DNA of 17,126 nucleotides from positions 1 through 17,126 of the forward strand of contig JBLIRN010000056.1 of the NCBI GenBank assembly GCA_049472315.1. The letters are read 5' to 3'. The DNA is from a bacterium (GTDB lineage: Bacteria; SZUA-182; DTGQ01; JAFGSM01). This document shows positions 7,708-16,587 of this stretch, piece by piece; within the stretch, counting starts at the first letter, position 1, and each line of letters begins with the position of its first letter. The notes under the pieces were generated by a model that did no database searches, was not told where the DNA came from, and saw only the letters and a list, made by a program, of their open reading frames with translations. The position numbers were made by a program, and so were the translations under genes.

Positions 7708-8163
7708 ATGGCACTGATACCCTGGAGAGAAACCTATCCGTTGATGGATCTTCGAACGGACATTGATTCCATCTTCGATCGGTTCTTCGAAAGTGTTCTG
7801 CCGATGGGAAAGGCCTTCTGGGGCGATGCGTTCCTCGGTTCCCCTGCGGTCGATATAGAGGAGACCGACAAGGAGGTCATTGTGAAGGCTGACCTCCCCG
7901 GCATTGATCCCAAGGACGTGGATATATCCGTCGCTGACACTATACTGACCATCAAGGGGGAGAAACATGAGGAACGGAAGGAGGAGAAGAAGAATTACCA
8001 CCTGACCGAGCGTCGTCATGGGTCATTCTCTCGATCCTTCTTGCTCCCTGCCGAGGTCAAGACCGACAAGGTGGAGGCGAATTACAGCAAGGGGGTCCTG
8101 GAGGTCAAACTTCCCAAGGCTGAGCACGAGAAGGCAAAGAAGATCACGGTCAACGTGAAATAA
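7708..8163 (+). CDS. Small heat shock protein, Hsp20/alpha-crystallin family
   Basis: PAVDIEET, ADLPGID, LTIKGEK, ERRHGSFSRSFLLP, ANYSKGVLEVKLPK and the C-terminal I-x-V motif. Strong SD GAAAGGAGGG at 7691-7700. Confidence 0.97.
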   Translation: MALIPWRETYPLMDLRTDIDSIFDRFFESVLPMGKAFWGDAFLGSPAVDIEETDKEVIVKADLPGIDPKDVDISVADTILTIKGEKHEERKEEKKNYHLTERRHGSFSRSFLLPAEVKTDKVEANYSKGVLEVKLPKAEHEKAKKITVNVK

Positions 8164-8186
8164 GGGCTGAGAACCTCATCGGAACG

Positions 8187-8215
8187 AAGGCCGGGACATC
8201 TGTTCCCGGCCTTTT
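8187..8215 (+). terminator. Rho-independent terminator between convergent genes
   Basis: AAGGCCGGGA-CATCTGT-TCCCGGCCTT-TT. Confidence 0.75.
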
Positions 8216-8286
8216 GATTGTATCCCTGGTCTCGCGGTTAATAAAGGCATTAACAGCTCATATCTTCGGGCAGCGCACTGATGCGC

Positions 8287-9621
8287 CTAAATCCTTCGCA
8301 TCACCAATCCCGTGGGGATCTTGGGATAGAAGAAGGTCGATTTCTGGGGCATCTTTTCCCCATTCAAGGCGACCACCTTGACCTGCTCAATGCCGGTAGG
8401 ATTCACAAACACCGCCGCCTGCACGGATTTCATGTTTACGCAATCGATGGCCTTGATCATATCCGGGGTAAAGGAAAGGGTCCCCTTCCTTTCGAAATCC
8501 TCGGCGGAAATTCCCAATATCCTCTCGAAGATGAGTGAGTGGAGTATGTTGACATCGAGTGATTTCCAGGCGCGAGACCCCCCGCCGGGGACGATATCGT
8601 CAATATCCGTATGGTGCTTGAGGACAAGCAGGGTGTAGCGCCGCCCCCCCGTATAGTAGCCGAAGGCGGGACGTTTGCTCCCCATGAGCGCCATGAGCCT
8701 GACAAGATTCTTCCGGGCGGCGGCCTCCGTCACGGCTATGCCGTCAAAGGAAATGTGTTTGACATCACACCACTCCTTCGCCCTCTCCGGGAGGGTTTCC
8801 AAAAGATCCGAGGATATGTTGTTGATCATCCGGTGATACGGCAGGATGCTCAGTCCTTCGTCATCGGTGTTGCTGAAGTACATCAGGCAATAGTCGTAGG
8901 GTTCGACACGACCCGTGTCACCCTGTGTGTCCCGCATGAGCCTCCGGTAGTTCAGCGCGGTTTCGTAGCGGTGATGGCCATCGGCGATGAATATGCGCTG
9001 GCCTGCCATGGCCTTGACAATCGCATCGCAATGTTTTGGATCGGTGACCTTCCATACCCGGTGCAGAATCCTTTCCTGCGACAAAATCTCGATATCGGGA
9101 GGGGATGTGCAGACCTCCTCCATGATGTGCTCAACCCGCCTTTCCGGGTCCGAATAGAGGCTGAAGACCGCACTGAAATTTGCCGAGCATGCCTTCATCA
9201 ATCGCAACCGCCCCTCTTTCGGCCCGGCCAATGTCCTCTCGTGGGGGTAGATGGTGCCGGTGCCGAAGTCCTCCAATCTGAAAAGGGCCAGGAAACCCTT
9301 GCGCACATTCTTCGTTCCGTTGGGAAGCCTGTATTCGTCCTGGCATGCATAGATGGCCTCCTCCGGTTCCTCGCGCAGGACGCCCTCCCCGAGCCATTGT
9401 TGAAAGTATCGATTGGCCCGCACATACGTATTGTCCGACTCATCGTCCTCGGGGGATTCCTTTCCCTTGATGATGCGGACGATGTTATAGGGGCTTTGCT
9501 CGTAGAGATGATCCTGATGTTCGGGTGAGATGACGTCATAGGGAGGGGCTATGACCAGGGAAAGGTTTGCAATCGTATCTTTATTATATATGATACCCGT
9601 GAACGATTTTATCTCAGCCAC
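8287..9621 (-). CDS. DUF1015 family protein (ParB/Srx-like motif)
   Basis: APPYDVIS, IYPHERT, FIADGHHRYETA and C-terminal MPQKSTFFYPKIPTGLV. The GTG start overlaps the upstream TAG stop by 1 nt (TAGTG). Confidence 0.92.
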   Translation of the reverse strand: MAEIKSFTGIIYNKDTIANLSLVIAPPYDVISPEHQDHLYEQSPYNIVRIIKGKESPEDDESDNTYVRANRYFQQWLGEGVLREEPEEAIYACQDEYRLPNGTKNVRKGFLALFRLEDFGTGTIYPHERTLAGPKEGRLRLMKACSANFSAVFSLYSDPERRVEHIMEEVCTSPPDIEILSQERILHRVWKVTDPKHCDAIVKAMAGQRIFIADGHHRYETALNYRRLMRDTQGDTGRVEPYDYCLMYFSNTDDEGLSILPYHRMINNISSDLLETLPERAKEWCDVKHISFDGIAVTEAAARKNLVRLMALMGSKRPAFGYYTGGRRYTLLVLKHHTDIDDIVPGGGSRAWKSLDVNILHSLIFERILGISAEDFERKGTLSFTPDMIKAIDCVNMKSVQAAVFVNPTGIEQVKVVALNGEKMPQKSTFFYPKIPTGLVMRRI

Positions 9622-10727
9622 TATCCGAGCCTCCCTATCTCCTCGCCCCGCACCTGCCGTCTGAACGTCTCGCTCTCACGGATGAGAGAGGGGCGGTTTT
9701 TGTCCGTAATGAATGTCATTGATGAGGGCTGGTGGTGTTCCCTCGTCGCGAACGCATCACCCAAAGTATCATCCGATGCCACCCGGTCCATGGAAAAGGA
9801 CCCTGAGTTCCACTCCGCAATCAGCTCGTCGACACCCGGCCTCCCCCGTTCCCAGAATGCCTGGCAGATGATGGCGAGAATATCCGCATGGTGAGCGAGA
9901 CAGGCCACCTCGGCGTTTTCCAGGGCATAGCGGTTCCCATTGAATGCCACGGTCATCCCGCCGCCCTGACGCACCAGGCGGAAGGCCTCCACATCGGTGA
10001 TACTGTCGCCGATGTAGATCACCTGTGCAATGTCACGCCCCGTCCTTCTGCAACTGTCAGAAACCGCCTTCGCCTTTTCCTCCCCCCCGACGGGTTCAAC
10101 CCGTTCCAGGAGGCACCCGAGGGTGGTCTGCGGAAGTGCACTCATTATCATCCGGTCGATGGCTGTATAGGCATCCTGCACCTCCGTGGAGAGCCCCTCG
10201 ATCGCTGTGACGTCGGGCTCCCAATCCAGTGAGGGAAGCGCAATGATTCCCTCCGCCATGGCCCGCACCTCCCGACACTCACCCTCCGAAGGGGTCACCA
10301 TCTCCAGATCCAGGTCGGTGCAGTAGGTATTTCGTATGGGGAATCCCACTGCATCGCATAGGGCGCTGATATAGGGCCGGTAGCTTGTGCTGATGATGAA
10401 GCCGTCACCATGCCTGGTTATCCATTGAAGAAGCATGTCCGCACCCGGCATGATCAGGATATGATGCGCGGAAAAATCGATGACCGCCCGATTCCCCACT
10501 CCGAATGCCCGCAGGAAGGGACAAATCAGCTTGAGGGTATTCCCGGCCCGGTACCCCGGCCGTTTCACCATCGATGCCAGGATGTCGTCGTAGCGGCTCA
10601 GCTGGGTGAAAAGCCTGTCCCCGCGGGGGATGAAATGGGTGGCCAGCTCGAGGGCGTTATCGTTCTTGGTCAGCGGGCCTTCGCAATCAATGCCCACCAG
10701 GCCGGCCGGTGCCGATGATCCTTTCAT
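9621..10727 (-). CDS. HAD-superfamily phosphohydrolase, EhaR/COG4030-like
   Basis: Motif I DCEGP (followed by NDNALEL), motif II IISTSY, motif III GGEEKA and motif IV GDSITD; also AFNGNRYAL. AGGTGG lies 6 nt before ATG10727, which is preferred over 10748. Confidence 0.85.
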   Translation of the reverse strand: MKGSSAPAGLVGIDCEGPLTKNDNALELATHFIPRGDRLFTQLSRYDDILASMVKRPGYRAGNTLKLICPFLRAFGVGNRAVIDFSAHHILIMPGADMLLQWITRHGDGFIISTSYRPYISALCDAVGFPIRNTYCTDLDLEMVTPSEGECREVRAMAEGIIALPSLDWEPDVTAIEGLSTEVQDAYTAIDRMIMSALPQTTLGCLLERVEPVGGEEKAKAVSDSCRRTGRDIAQVIYIGDSITDVEAFRLVRQGGGMTVAFNGNRYALENAEVACLAHHADILAIICQAFWERGRPGVDELIAEWNSGSFSMDRVASDDTLGDAFATREHHQPSSMTFITDKNRPSLIRESETFRRQVRGEEIGRLG

Positions 10728-10795
10728 TGTTTTCCACCTGAAGCACATCTCATAAGGTTAATGTCCATCACCACGCTCACAGCAAACGTCATTGC

Positions 10796-11638
10796 TCAAT
10801 CTCTTCCGGCAATGATTCGTTCCACCTCCTCAGTGAGACACACCCCGCCCGGATACTCCCGGCCGTCACAATACACCCTTTCACCTTCTATGTTCAATCT
10901 TCCGGAGCACAACCATCGAATGGTTTCGAAAAGGAGGGGCACCTCCCTCCGGACCCCCTCGCTTCGGATCATCCGGAAGAGGAGATTCTCCTCCCCCTCC
11001 TGTTTCATGATATCATGAATCGACATTCCGGCAAGCCTTTCATCCATCCCGTGCCACCCCTCATCGAGTTCCCCGTCCCGTATCCGGTAGATGCAATAAG
11101 CAATGGGAGGCCCCTTGTCCAGTTCGGGGGTGACCAGGTGGATGAGCACCCCGCTCTCCTGGGCCCGCATCCGGATGAGCTTCCAGATCACCTCCTGCCA
11201 TGTTCCCGCAGGGCCTCCGGGAGGGGCCGGATGCAGGTTGATCAGGTGCAGTGCCTGGCACATCTCGGGGCTTACGATAAGCATGTACCCAGCCAACACC
11301 ACAAAATCCGCTACGTGACCATTCATCCTTTGCAGCAGCTCGTGGTGGAACCGATGCCGCCACTGCGCCATGATCTGCGGCGAGGTACGACCCTTTCTGC
11401 GCAACTCCGGCTCGAAGGAATCGGAAGAAAGGCATATGCAGGTGATCCCCTGCTCACGGCCCAGGTCGATGATCCGGTCGGAGAAGGTCCCCTCCCCCCG
11501 CTCCCGATTCATAGCGATGTATGCAAGGCTGCCTTCGATGCTCCCTGCTTCTATCCCTTTCAGAATGGTCTCCAACAGGGACACCGCCTCGGCATCCCTC
11601 CCCGTGGTAAACCACCCTATCGAGCGTCCTGTGCCCAT
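10796..11638 (-). CDS. PurN-like 10-formyl-THF-dependent formyltransferase (divergent)
   Basis: VLAGYMLIV, LINLHPA (catalytic Asn/His) and GVLIHLVTPELDKGP (catalytic Asp). A GAGGTG SD precedes ATG11638, 2 nt after the PfkB stop; the ORF-track extension to 11743 overlaps PfkB and is unlikely. Confidence 0.85.
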   Translation of the reverse strand: MGTGRSIGWFTTGRDAEAVSLLETILKGIEAGSIEGSLAYIAMNRERGEGTFSDRIIDLGREQGITCICLSSDSFEPELRRKGRTSPQIMAQWRHRFHHELLQRMNGHVADFVVLAGYMLIVSPEMCQALHLINLHPAPPGGPAGTWQEVIWKLIRMRAQESGVLIHLVTPELDKGPPIAYCIYRIRDGELDEGWHGMDERLAGMSIHDIMKQEGEENLLFRMIRSEGVRREVPLLFETIRWLCSGRLNIEGERVYCDGREYPGGVCLTEEVERIIAGRD

Positions 11639-11640
11639 AT

Positions 11641-12654
11641 TCAGCACACCTCTCCCCGGTTCTCCCTCACCAGGATCTCCTTGCCGGGATAGCGCTCCCG
11701 GCCGTAGCCCGTAATACAGGAGGCGGCAGCGCGTGTCCCCCACGCGCCGCAGGTGTCGAGATCCTGCCCCCGAATAAGGCCGGCCAGGAATCCGGCTGCA
11801 AAGCAGTCCCCCGCCCCGGTCACGTCCTTCACCTCAACCGCAAGGGCGGAAAATGTGCGACACCCGGTGGAATCCAGGAGATAGGCCCCCCGTGCCCCCT
11901 GTTTGCACACCACCATGCGCACTCCCAGATCGAGCATTCGGGCCGCAGCCTCCTGATGCCGAAAGCCGGTGATGCGCTCCAACTCGGCATCGGTTGCAAA
12001 CAGGCAGTACGTCCTCTCGATGACGGGCAGCAGTTGATCCAATCCCTTGCCCGCATAGAGATTGCCGGGATCGAAGGTTATCAAGGTGCTCGCATCAAGG
12101 TGCTTCACCAGTTCGATCTGTGCCTTCAGCGGGCGGGGGCCCGCAAAGGAGGTGAGGTGTAAGAACAGGCAGCCGGATGGGATGCCTTGGGCAATATCCT
12201 CGAAGTCGAGGGTATCGTTCGCGTTGGGAAAGGCGATCATGCTTCGTTCCCCGTCAGGGGTAAGGATCGAAATACACATCCCTGATCGGTTCTCACGGAT
12301 CACCGAGGAGACATCCACCCCTTTGAGACCGGCGAGGATCAGGTCACCCCATCGGTCGTTCCCGACCTTGCCGAGCATCCGGGTGCGGAATCCCATCCCT
12401 GCAAGGGCCACGATCGTATTGGCAGCCTGGCCCCCTCCGGATTCCGCCCTTTTCCTCCCATAACGGTCCAGAAGATTCAATAAGGGGTCGAGTGCATCCG
12501 GGCCCAGGTGTATCTCCTCGCCCGGTGAAAGGGAAATGCCGAGGTCGGTGAGCCTGGCGAGGTCGGGCAGCTCGTAGATGAGATCCCAATTGAGTGCCCC
12601 CAAGCCGGTCACGTCCGGGGAGGAATCACCCCAGGCTGAGTCCGAGCTTTTCAT
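11641..12654 (-). CDS. PfkB/ribokinase-family carbohydrate or nucleoside kinase
   Basis: GALNWD, GGQAANTIVALAGMG, GKVGNDRWG, FDPG and the anion-hole motif DVTGAGDCFAAGF. The start is uncertain (ATG12654 overlapping the upstream gene, or GTG12612). Confidence 0.92.
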   Translation of the reverse strand: MKSSDSAWGDSSPDVTGLGALNWDLIYELPDLARLTDLGISLSPGEEIHLGPDALDPLLNLLDRYGRKRAESGGGQAANTIVALAGMGFRTRMLGKVGNDRWGDLILAGLKGVDVSSVIRENRSGMCISILTPDGERSMIAFPNANDTLDFEDIAQGIPSGCLFLHLTSFAGPRPLKAQIELVKHLDASTLITFDPGNLYAGKGLDQLLPVIERTYCLFATDAELERITGFRHQEAAARMLDLGVRMVVCKQGARGAYLLDSTGCRTFSALAVEVKDVTGAGDCFAAGFLAGLIRGQDLDTCGAWGTRAAASCITGYGRERYPGKEILVRENRGEVC

Positions 12655-13696
12655 AGATGCGCTCAAAATCGATACGCTCCTTGACCAGGTCGATGGCCCT
12701 TCGCATTTTCCGCTCATTCCTGATGCGCATCCTGCCCAGGATCCGCTCGCATTCCTCTATGGTGCTCAGGGTATCCCTCTTCACAATCATGATGGGGACG
12801 TGCCGTTCCTCCGCCTGGGTGATGATGATCTCATTGGGATACAGATCACCGGTGAGCACGATACACTTCGTGGAGGTCTGCAATGCGGCGAGCTGGATGT
12901 CCGACCGGTCTCCCCCGGTGATCACCGCCTTGTTCTTTTTGGCCCGAAAATACTTGAGGGCGCTGTCCACATTCATCGCACCCACGCTGAAGCTTTCCAC
13001 GAGATCCTCGACCCGGTCCTCGCAGCAAATGATCCGGCCGTTCAATATATCAGCCAGTTCCCTCACCGTCACCGAGGTAAGGAGGGAATCATAGGGCACG
13101 ATCCCCAGCACGGGGATCCCCTTTTGCTCCAGGAAGGGAACCGCCCGTCTCCTGAGGCAGCCTTCGCTTTCCCCGGAGACCCGGTTCATGATGACCCCGA
13201 GCAGTCTCTCACCCAGGGCCTCCTTGGCCGCGAGGATACAATCAATGCATATGTCCTCCTCATATTTGTCGATCAGGATCGCCTTTGCCCTAAGCTTTTT
13301 GATCAACGATACGCCGGAGAGGCCCAGAAACGCCCCGTCATAGATGTTCTTCCCGCCCCCGATAAGGATGAGGTCCTTATCCTGGGAAAGCCTCCTATGC
13401 GCATCCACCACCTTCTCCTCGAGTCCGACCAGCTTCCCCATATACCCCTGTATGATCATATCCTGGGTCACCACCACGGGGCAGAGCAAGTCCAAAGGCT
13501 CATCCAGGGAAAGGGCGCGTTCCACGAATATGGCATCCTCGTCGGTGATCTGGTCCCCTACCCGCGTCAGGGTTGTCCCGAAGGGCTTCAGGTAGCTTAT
13601 GCTCAATCCATCCTTTTCGAACCTTCTCCCCAACCCCATACACAGAAGGCTCTTGCCGGAATATGGGCTCGTTGATCCTATATAGAGAGAAATCAT
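12626..13696 (-). CDS. DRTGG-domain protein (BioD-like N-terminal domain of phosphotransacetylase, stand-alone)
   Basis: P-loop-like STSPYSGKS, YLKPFG, VGAM and VITGGDRSDIQLAAL; no Pta catalytic domain. SD GAGGAG upstream. Confidence 0.92.
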   Translation of the reverse strand: MISLYIGSTSPYSGKSLLCMGLGRRFEKDGLSISYLKPFGTTLTRVGDQITDEDAIFVERALSLDEPLDLLCPVVVTQDMIIQGYMGKLVGLEEKVVDAHRRLSQDKDLILIGGGKNIYDGAFLGLSGVSLIKKLRAKAILIDKYEEDICIDCILAAKEALGERLLGVIMNRVSGESEGCLRRRAVPFLEQKGIPVLGIVPYDSLLTSVTVRELADILNGRIICCEDRVEDLVESFSVGAMNVDSALKYFRAKKNKAVITGGDRSDIQLAALQTSTKCIVLTGDLYPNEIIITQAEERHVPIMIVKRDTLSTIEECERILGRMRIRNERKMRRAIDLVKERIDFERIYEKLGLSLG

Positions 13697-13847
13697 CGCA
13701 TTCTCCTCTTCTCATTAAATGGTAATAACGAGAGGCATTGCCGTGCGGAACATCTTTCCGCTCCTCGTGTGTATCAATGTCTGCATCGGTCCCTTTTCTC
13801 CACCCGGCAGCGTATATCCTGCGTATGGATTAACCGAATCGTTCTTC

Positions 13848-15941
13848 TCAATGGCAGATGGTGAACCGGGCATCCAGGGCGATTGCGCCCTCGCCCGTCT
13901 CCATCACCGCCAGAGGATTGATATCCGCGTCGCAAATCTCGGGGAAATCACAGGCGATCTGAGAAAGACGCAGGATCGTCTCCACGATTGCATCCAGATC
14001 GGCAGACCGTTGTCCCCTCACCCCTTTTAATAGAGGATATGCATTGATTTCGGTGATCATCCCCCTGGCGTCCTCTTCGCTCACCGGGGCGACGCGAAAG
14101 GTGACGTCCTTCAGCACCTCGACATAGATCCCTCCCAGGCCGAACATGATCAAAGGGCCAAAGTTCGGATCGCGGGACATGCCCAGGATCACCTCCCTGA
14201 CATTCTGATACATATTCTGAACCGCCACCCCTCTGATATTTGCCTTGGGGAGGAATCGGCGGCAGCGCGCGATGATGTCATGGAAGGCCTGCCGCACCTC
14301 GTCAGGGGTTTGGAGCCCCACCCGTATCCCCCCCACATCCGATTTATGAAGGATATCGGGGGAGACAATCTTGAGCACCACCGGGAATCCCATGCTGGAG
14401 GCAAATTCCACAGCGGCATCGGATGTCTCGGCAATCTCGTACCGCGGCAGGGCCACATCGTAGGCACCCAGGATCTCCCGGGCGCGCTGTTCGCTCAAGG
14501 TCAAGGTTTGCTCCCGGATTGCATGTTGCAGCACTGCGCGTACCCGCTCCTTGTCCCCGGAAAAGCCTCGATAGTGGCTGTCCGGTAGGTCAACCCACTG
14601 TTTGTACGCCCACATCTTGCTGAATGCCTCGATTGCCTGTTCGGGGTAGATATAGTTGGGGATCTTGTACTTGGCCAGCCGTTCAATGCCATCCCTGACA
14701 CTGTACGCACCCATAAAAGACGAAAGAATGGGTTTATTGATGTTCATGGACACCTCTCCCAGGACCTCCGCGGTCTGATTGACCTCGGTCATTGCCTGAG
14801 GGGTGAGGATGGTGATGATGCCATCCAGCTTTCGGTCCTTTATCACCACATCCAGCGTCTTTCCGTACCTCTCCGCCCCTGCGTCTCCCAGTATATCAAT
14901 GGGATTAAAAAAACCTGCTGCCGGAGGGAGGAATCCTGCCAGCTCATCGATGATATCCTTGCTCGGGGTGACCGGGTTCAGATGAAAGCGCTCGCATGCA
15001 TCCGCAGCCATAATCCCGGGTCCGCCCGCATTGGTCACGATAGCAACGCTGTTTCCTGCAGGAAGCGGCTGATAGGCAAATGCCAGGGCATAGTTAAAGA
15101 GATCCTGGACGGAGTAGGCCCTGATGACCCCGCTCTGTTTAAAGGCGGCATTGAAGGCGACCTCGGAGCCTGTCAGGCTCCCGGTGTGTGAGGAGGCGGC
15201 TCGTGCACCCGCCTTGGTGCTGCCTGCCTTTGCTATGATGATCGGTTTTTTCTTGGAGATTTCCCGGGCAATCCGGATGAATTCCGATCCATTCTCCACG
15301 CTCTCCAGGTAACCCAGGATAACCTTGGTGTGAGGATCTTCCCCCAGCACCTGGAGAATGTCGATTTCGGAGATATCCGCCTTATTGCCCAGGCTGATGA
15401 ATTTGGAAAAGCCGATCCTTTCCCCGACCGCCCAGTCCAAAATCGCGGTCCCCAGGGCGCCCGACTGCGAAAAGAATCCGATGCTCCCCTGCAGGGGCAT
15501 ATCGGGAGAGAAGGATGCGTTGAGACGGAAGTCGGTGTTGATCAAACCGAGGCAATTGGGACCGAGGATTCGTATATCATTCCGCCTGGCGCATTCGAGC
15601 ATCTCACGCTCAAAACCGGCCCCGTCCTTACCGGTCTCCTTAAACCCGGCGGAAATGACGATAGCGGCAGGAACCTTTTTTTCACCGCATTTTTCCAGGG
15701 ATTGGGGAACCAATCTGGCGGGGATGACGATTACCGCCAGATCTATCCGCCCCTTTATGGCCAAAAGGTCGGGGAAACACCGTTTGCCGAGGATCTTATC
15801 CGCTTTTGGATTGACCGGGTAAATATGGCCATCGAATCCGCCCAGAATCAGATTCTTGAGAACCTCGTGACCAACCTTCCCTTGTTCCCTGGAAGCCCCG
15901 ATAACGGCTACAGAATGGGGGGAAAAGAGTTTCTTGAGCAT
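13848..15941 (-). CDS. ADP-forming acetate/acyl-CoA ligase, fused alpha-beta (CoA-binding + ligase + ATP-grasp)
   Basis: VAVIGAS, ISAGFKE, GPNCLG, SQSGALG, ASSHTGSL (phospho-His), TNAGGPG, NPIDILGDA, LKIVSPDILHKSDVGG and DINPL...DAR. Confidence 0.95.
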   Translation of the reverse strand: MLKKLFSPHSVAVIGASREQGKVGHEVLKNLILGGFDGHIYPVNPKADKILGKRCFPDLLAIKGRIDLAVIVIPARLVPQSLEKCGEKKVPAAIVISAGFKETGKDGAGFEREMLECARRNDIRILGPNCLGLINTDFRLNASFSPDMPLQGSIGFFSQSGALGTAILDWAVGERIGFSKFISLGNKADISEIDILQVLGEDPHTKVILGYLESVENGSEFIRIAREISKKKPIIIAKAGSTKAGARAASSHTGSLTGSEVAFNAAFKQSGVIRAYSVQDLFNYALAFAYQPLPAGNSVAIVTNAGGPGIMAADACERFHLNPVTPSKDIIDELAGFLPPAAGFFNPIDILGDAGAERYGKTLDVVIKDRKLDGIITILTPQAMTEVNQTAEVLGEVSMNINKPILSSFMGAYSVRDGIERLAKYKIPNYIYPEQAIEAFSKMWAYKQWVDLPDSHYRGFSGDKERVRAVLQHAIREQTLTLSEQRAREILGAYDVALPRYEIAETSDAAVEFASSMGFPVVLKIVSPDILHKSDVGGIRVGLQTPDEVRQAFHDIIARCRRFLPKANIRGVAVQNMYQNVREVILGMSRDPNFGPLIMFGLGGIYVEVLKDVTFRVAPVSEEDARGMITEINAYPLLKGVRGQRSADLDAIVETILRLSQIACDFPEICDADINPLAVMETGEGAIALDARFTICH

Positions 15942-15945
15942 CTGA

Positions 15946-16587
15946 TTACTGTTTCTTGATCGCCTTCTTGATCACAAGCACACCCTTGTTGGCACCCGGG
16001 ACCGCACCGCACACAATCAGGCAGTTTTGTTCAGGCCGAACCTCCACGACCTTGAGATTCTGCACGGTGACCCGATCACCGCCCATGCGGCCGGCCATCC
16101 TCAACCCCTTGAAAACGCGCGAAGGGAAAGAGGAACTGCTGATCGAGCCTCCATGGCGATGGTAGTCATGGGTTCCATGGGAGCCGGGTGCCCCATGAAA
16201 TTTATGTCTCTTGACCACGCCGGCAAAACCTCTCCCTTTGGAGATACCGGTGATATCCACGTAGTCCCCCTCCTTGAACTGATCTACCTTTACCTCCTGG
16301 CCGACCTCGTAGCCTTCCAATTCGGATTCGGCAACGCGAAATTCCTTCAGAAAGCGCTGGGGCTGTACACCCCCCTTGTTGAAATGGCCCAGTCGAGGCC
16401 TGTTAACCCTGCTCTGCTTGACAGGGTCAAAACCCAGCTGTACCGCGGCATAGTGGTCCTTCTCCGGCACCTTTTTCTGGCATACGATACAGGGGCCGGC
16501 CTGAATTACCGTTACCGGGATGGCATCCCCGTTATCCTTCAGGATCTGCGTCATCCCAATCTTTTTTCCCATCAAAAATTCTGACAT
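15946..16587 (-). CDS. rplC: 50S ribosomal protein L3
   Basis: GKKIGMTQI, PVTVI, YAAVQLGF, VDITGISKGRGFAGVVKRH, RVFKG..MAGRMG, VTVQNL and GAVPG. Full length (213 aa) with an AAGGAG SD. Confidence 0.98.
   Translation of the reverse strand: MSEFLMGKKIGMTQILKDNGDAIPVTVIQAGPCIVCQKKVPEKDHYAAVQLGFDPVKQSRVNRPRLGHFNKGGVQPQRFLKEFRVAESELEGYEVGQEVKVDQFKEGDYVDITGISKGRGFAGVVKRHKFHGAPGSHGTHDYHRHGGSISSSSFPSRVFKGLRMAGRMGGDRVTVQNLKVVEVRPEQNCLIVCGAVPGANKGVLVIKKAIKKQ

Noticed and set aside
8286..8294. CCTAAATCC at the far end of the operon as an alternative IS right end defining a transposition unit
   Set aside because: It matches the candidate IR at only 8 of 9 bases with no further similarity; about one such match is expected by chance in 8.5 kb.
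8611..13675. Plus-strand ORFs 8611..9528, 11015..11692 and 12578..13675
   Set aside because: They are antisense to well-supported genes and lack motifs.
13848..15941. Pat/PatZ-type protein lysine acetyltransferase that could acetylate L3
   Set aside because: There is no GNAT domain and the catalytic His motif (SHTG) is intact, consistent with a true ligase.
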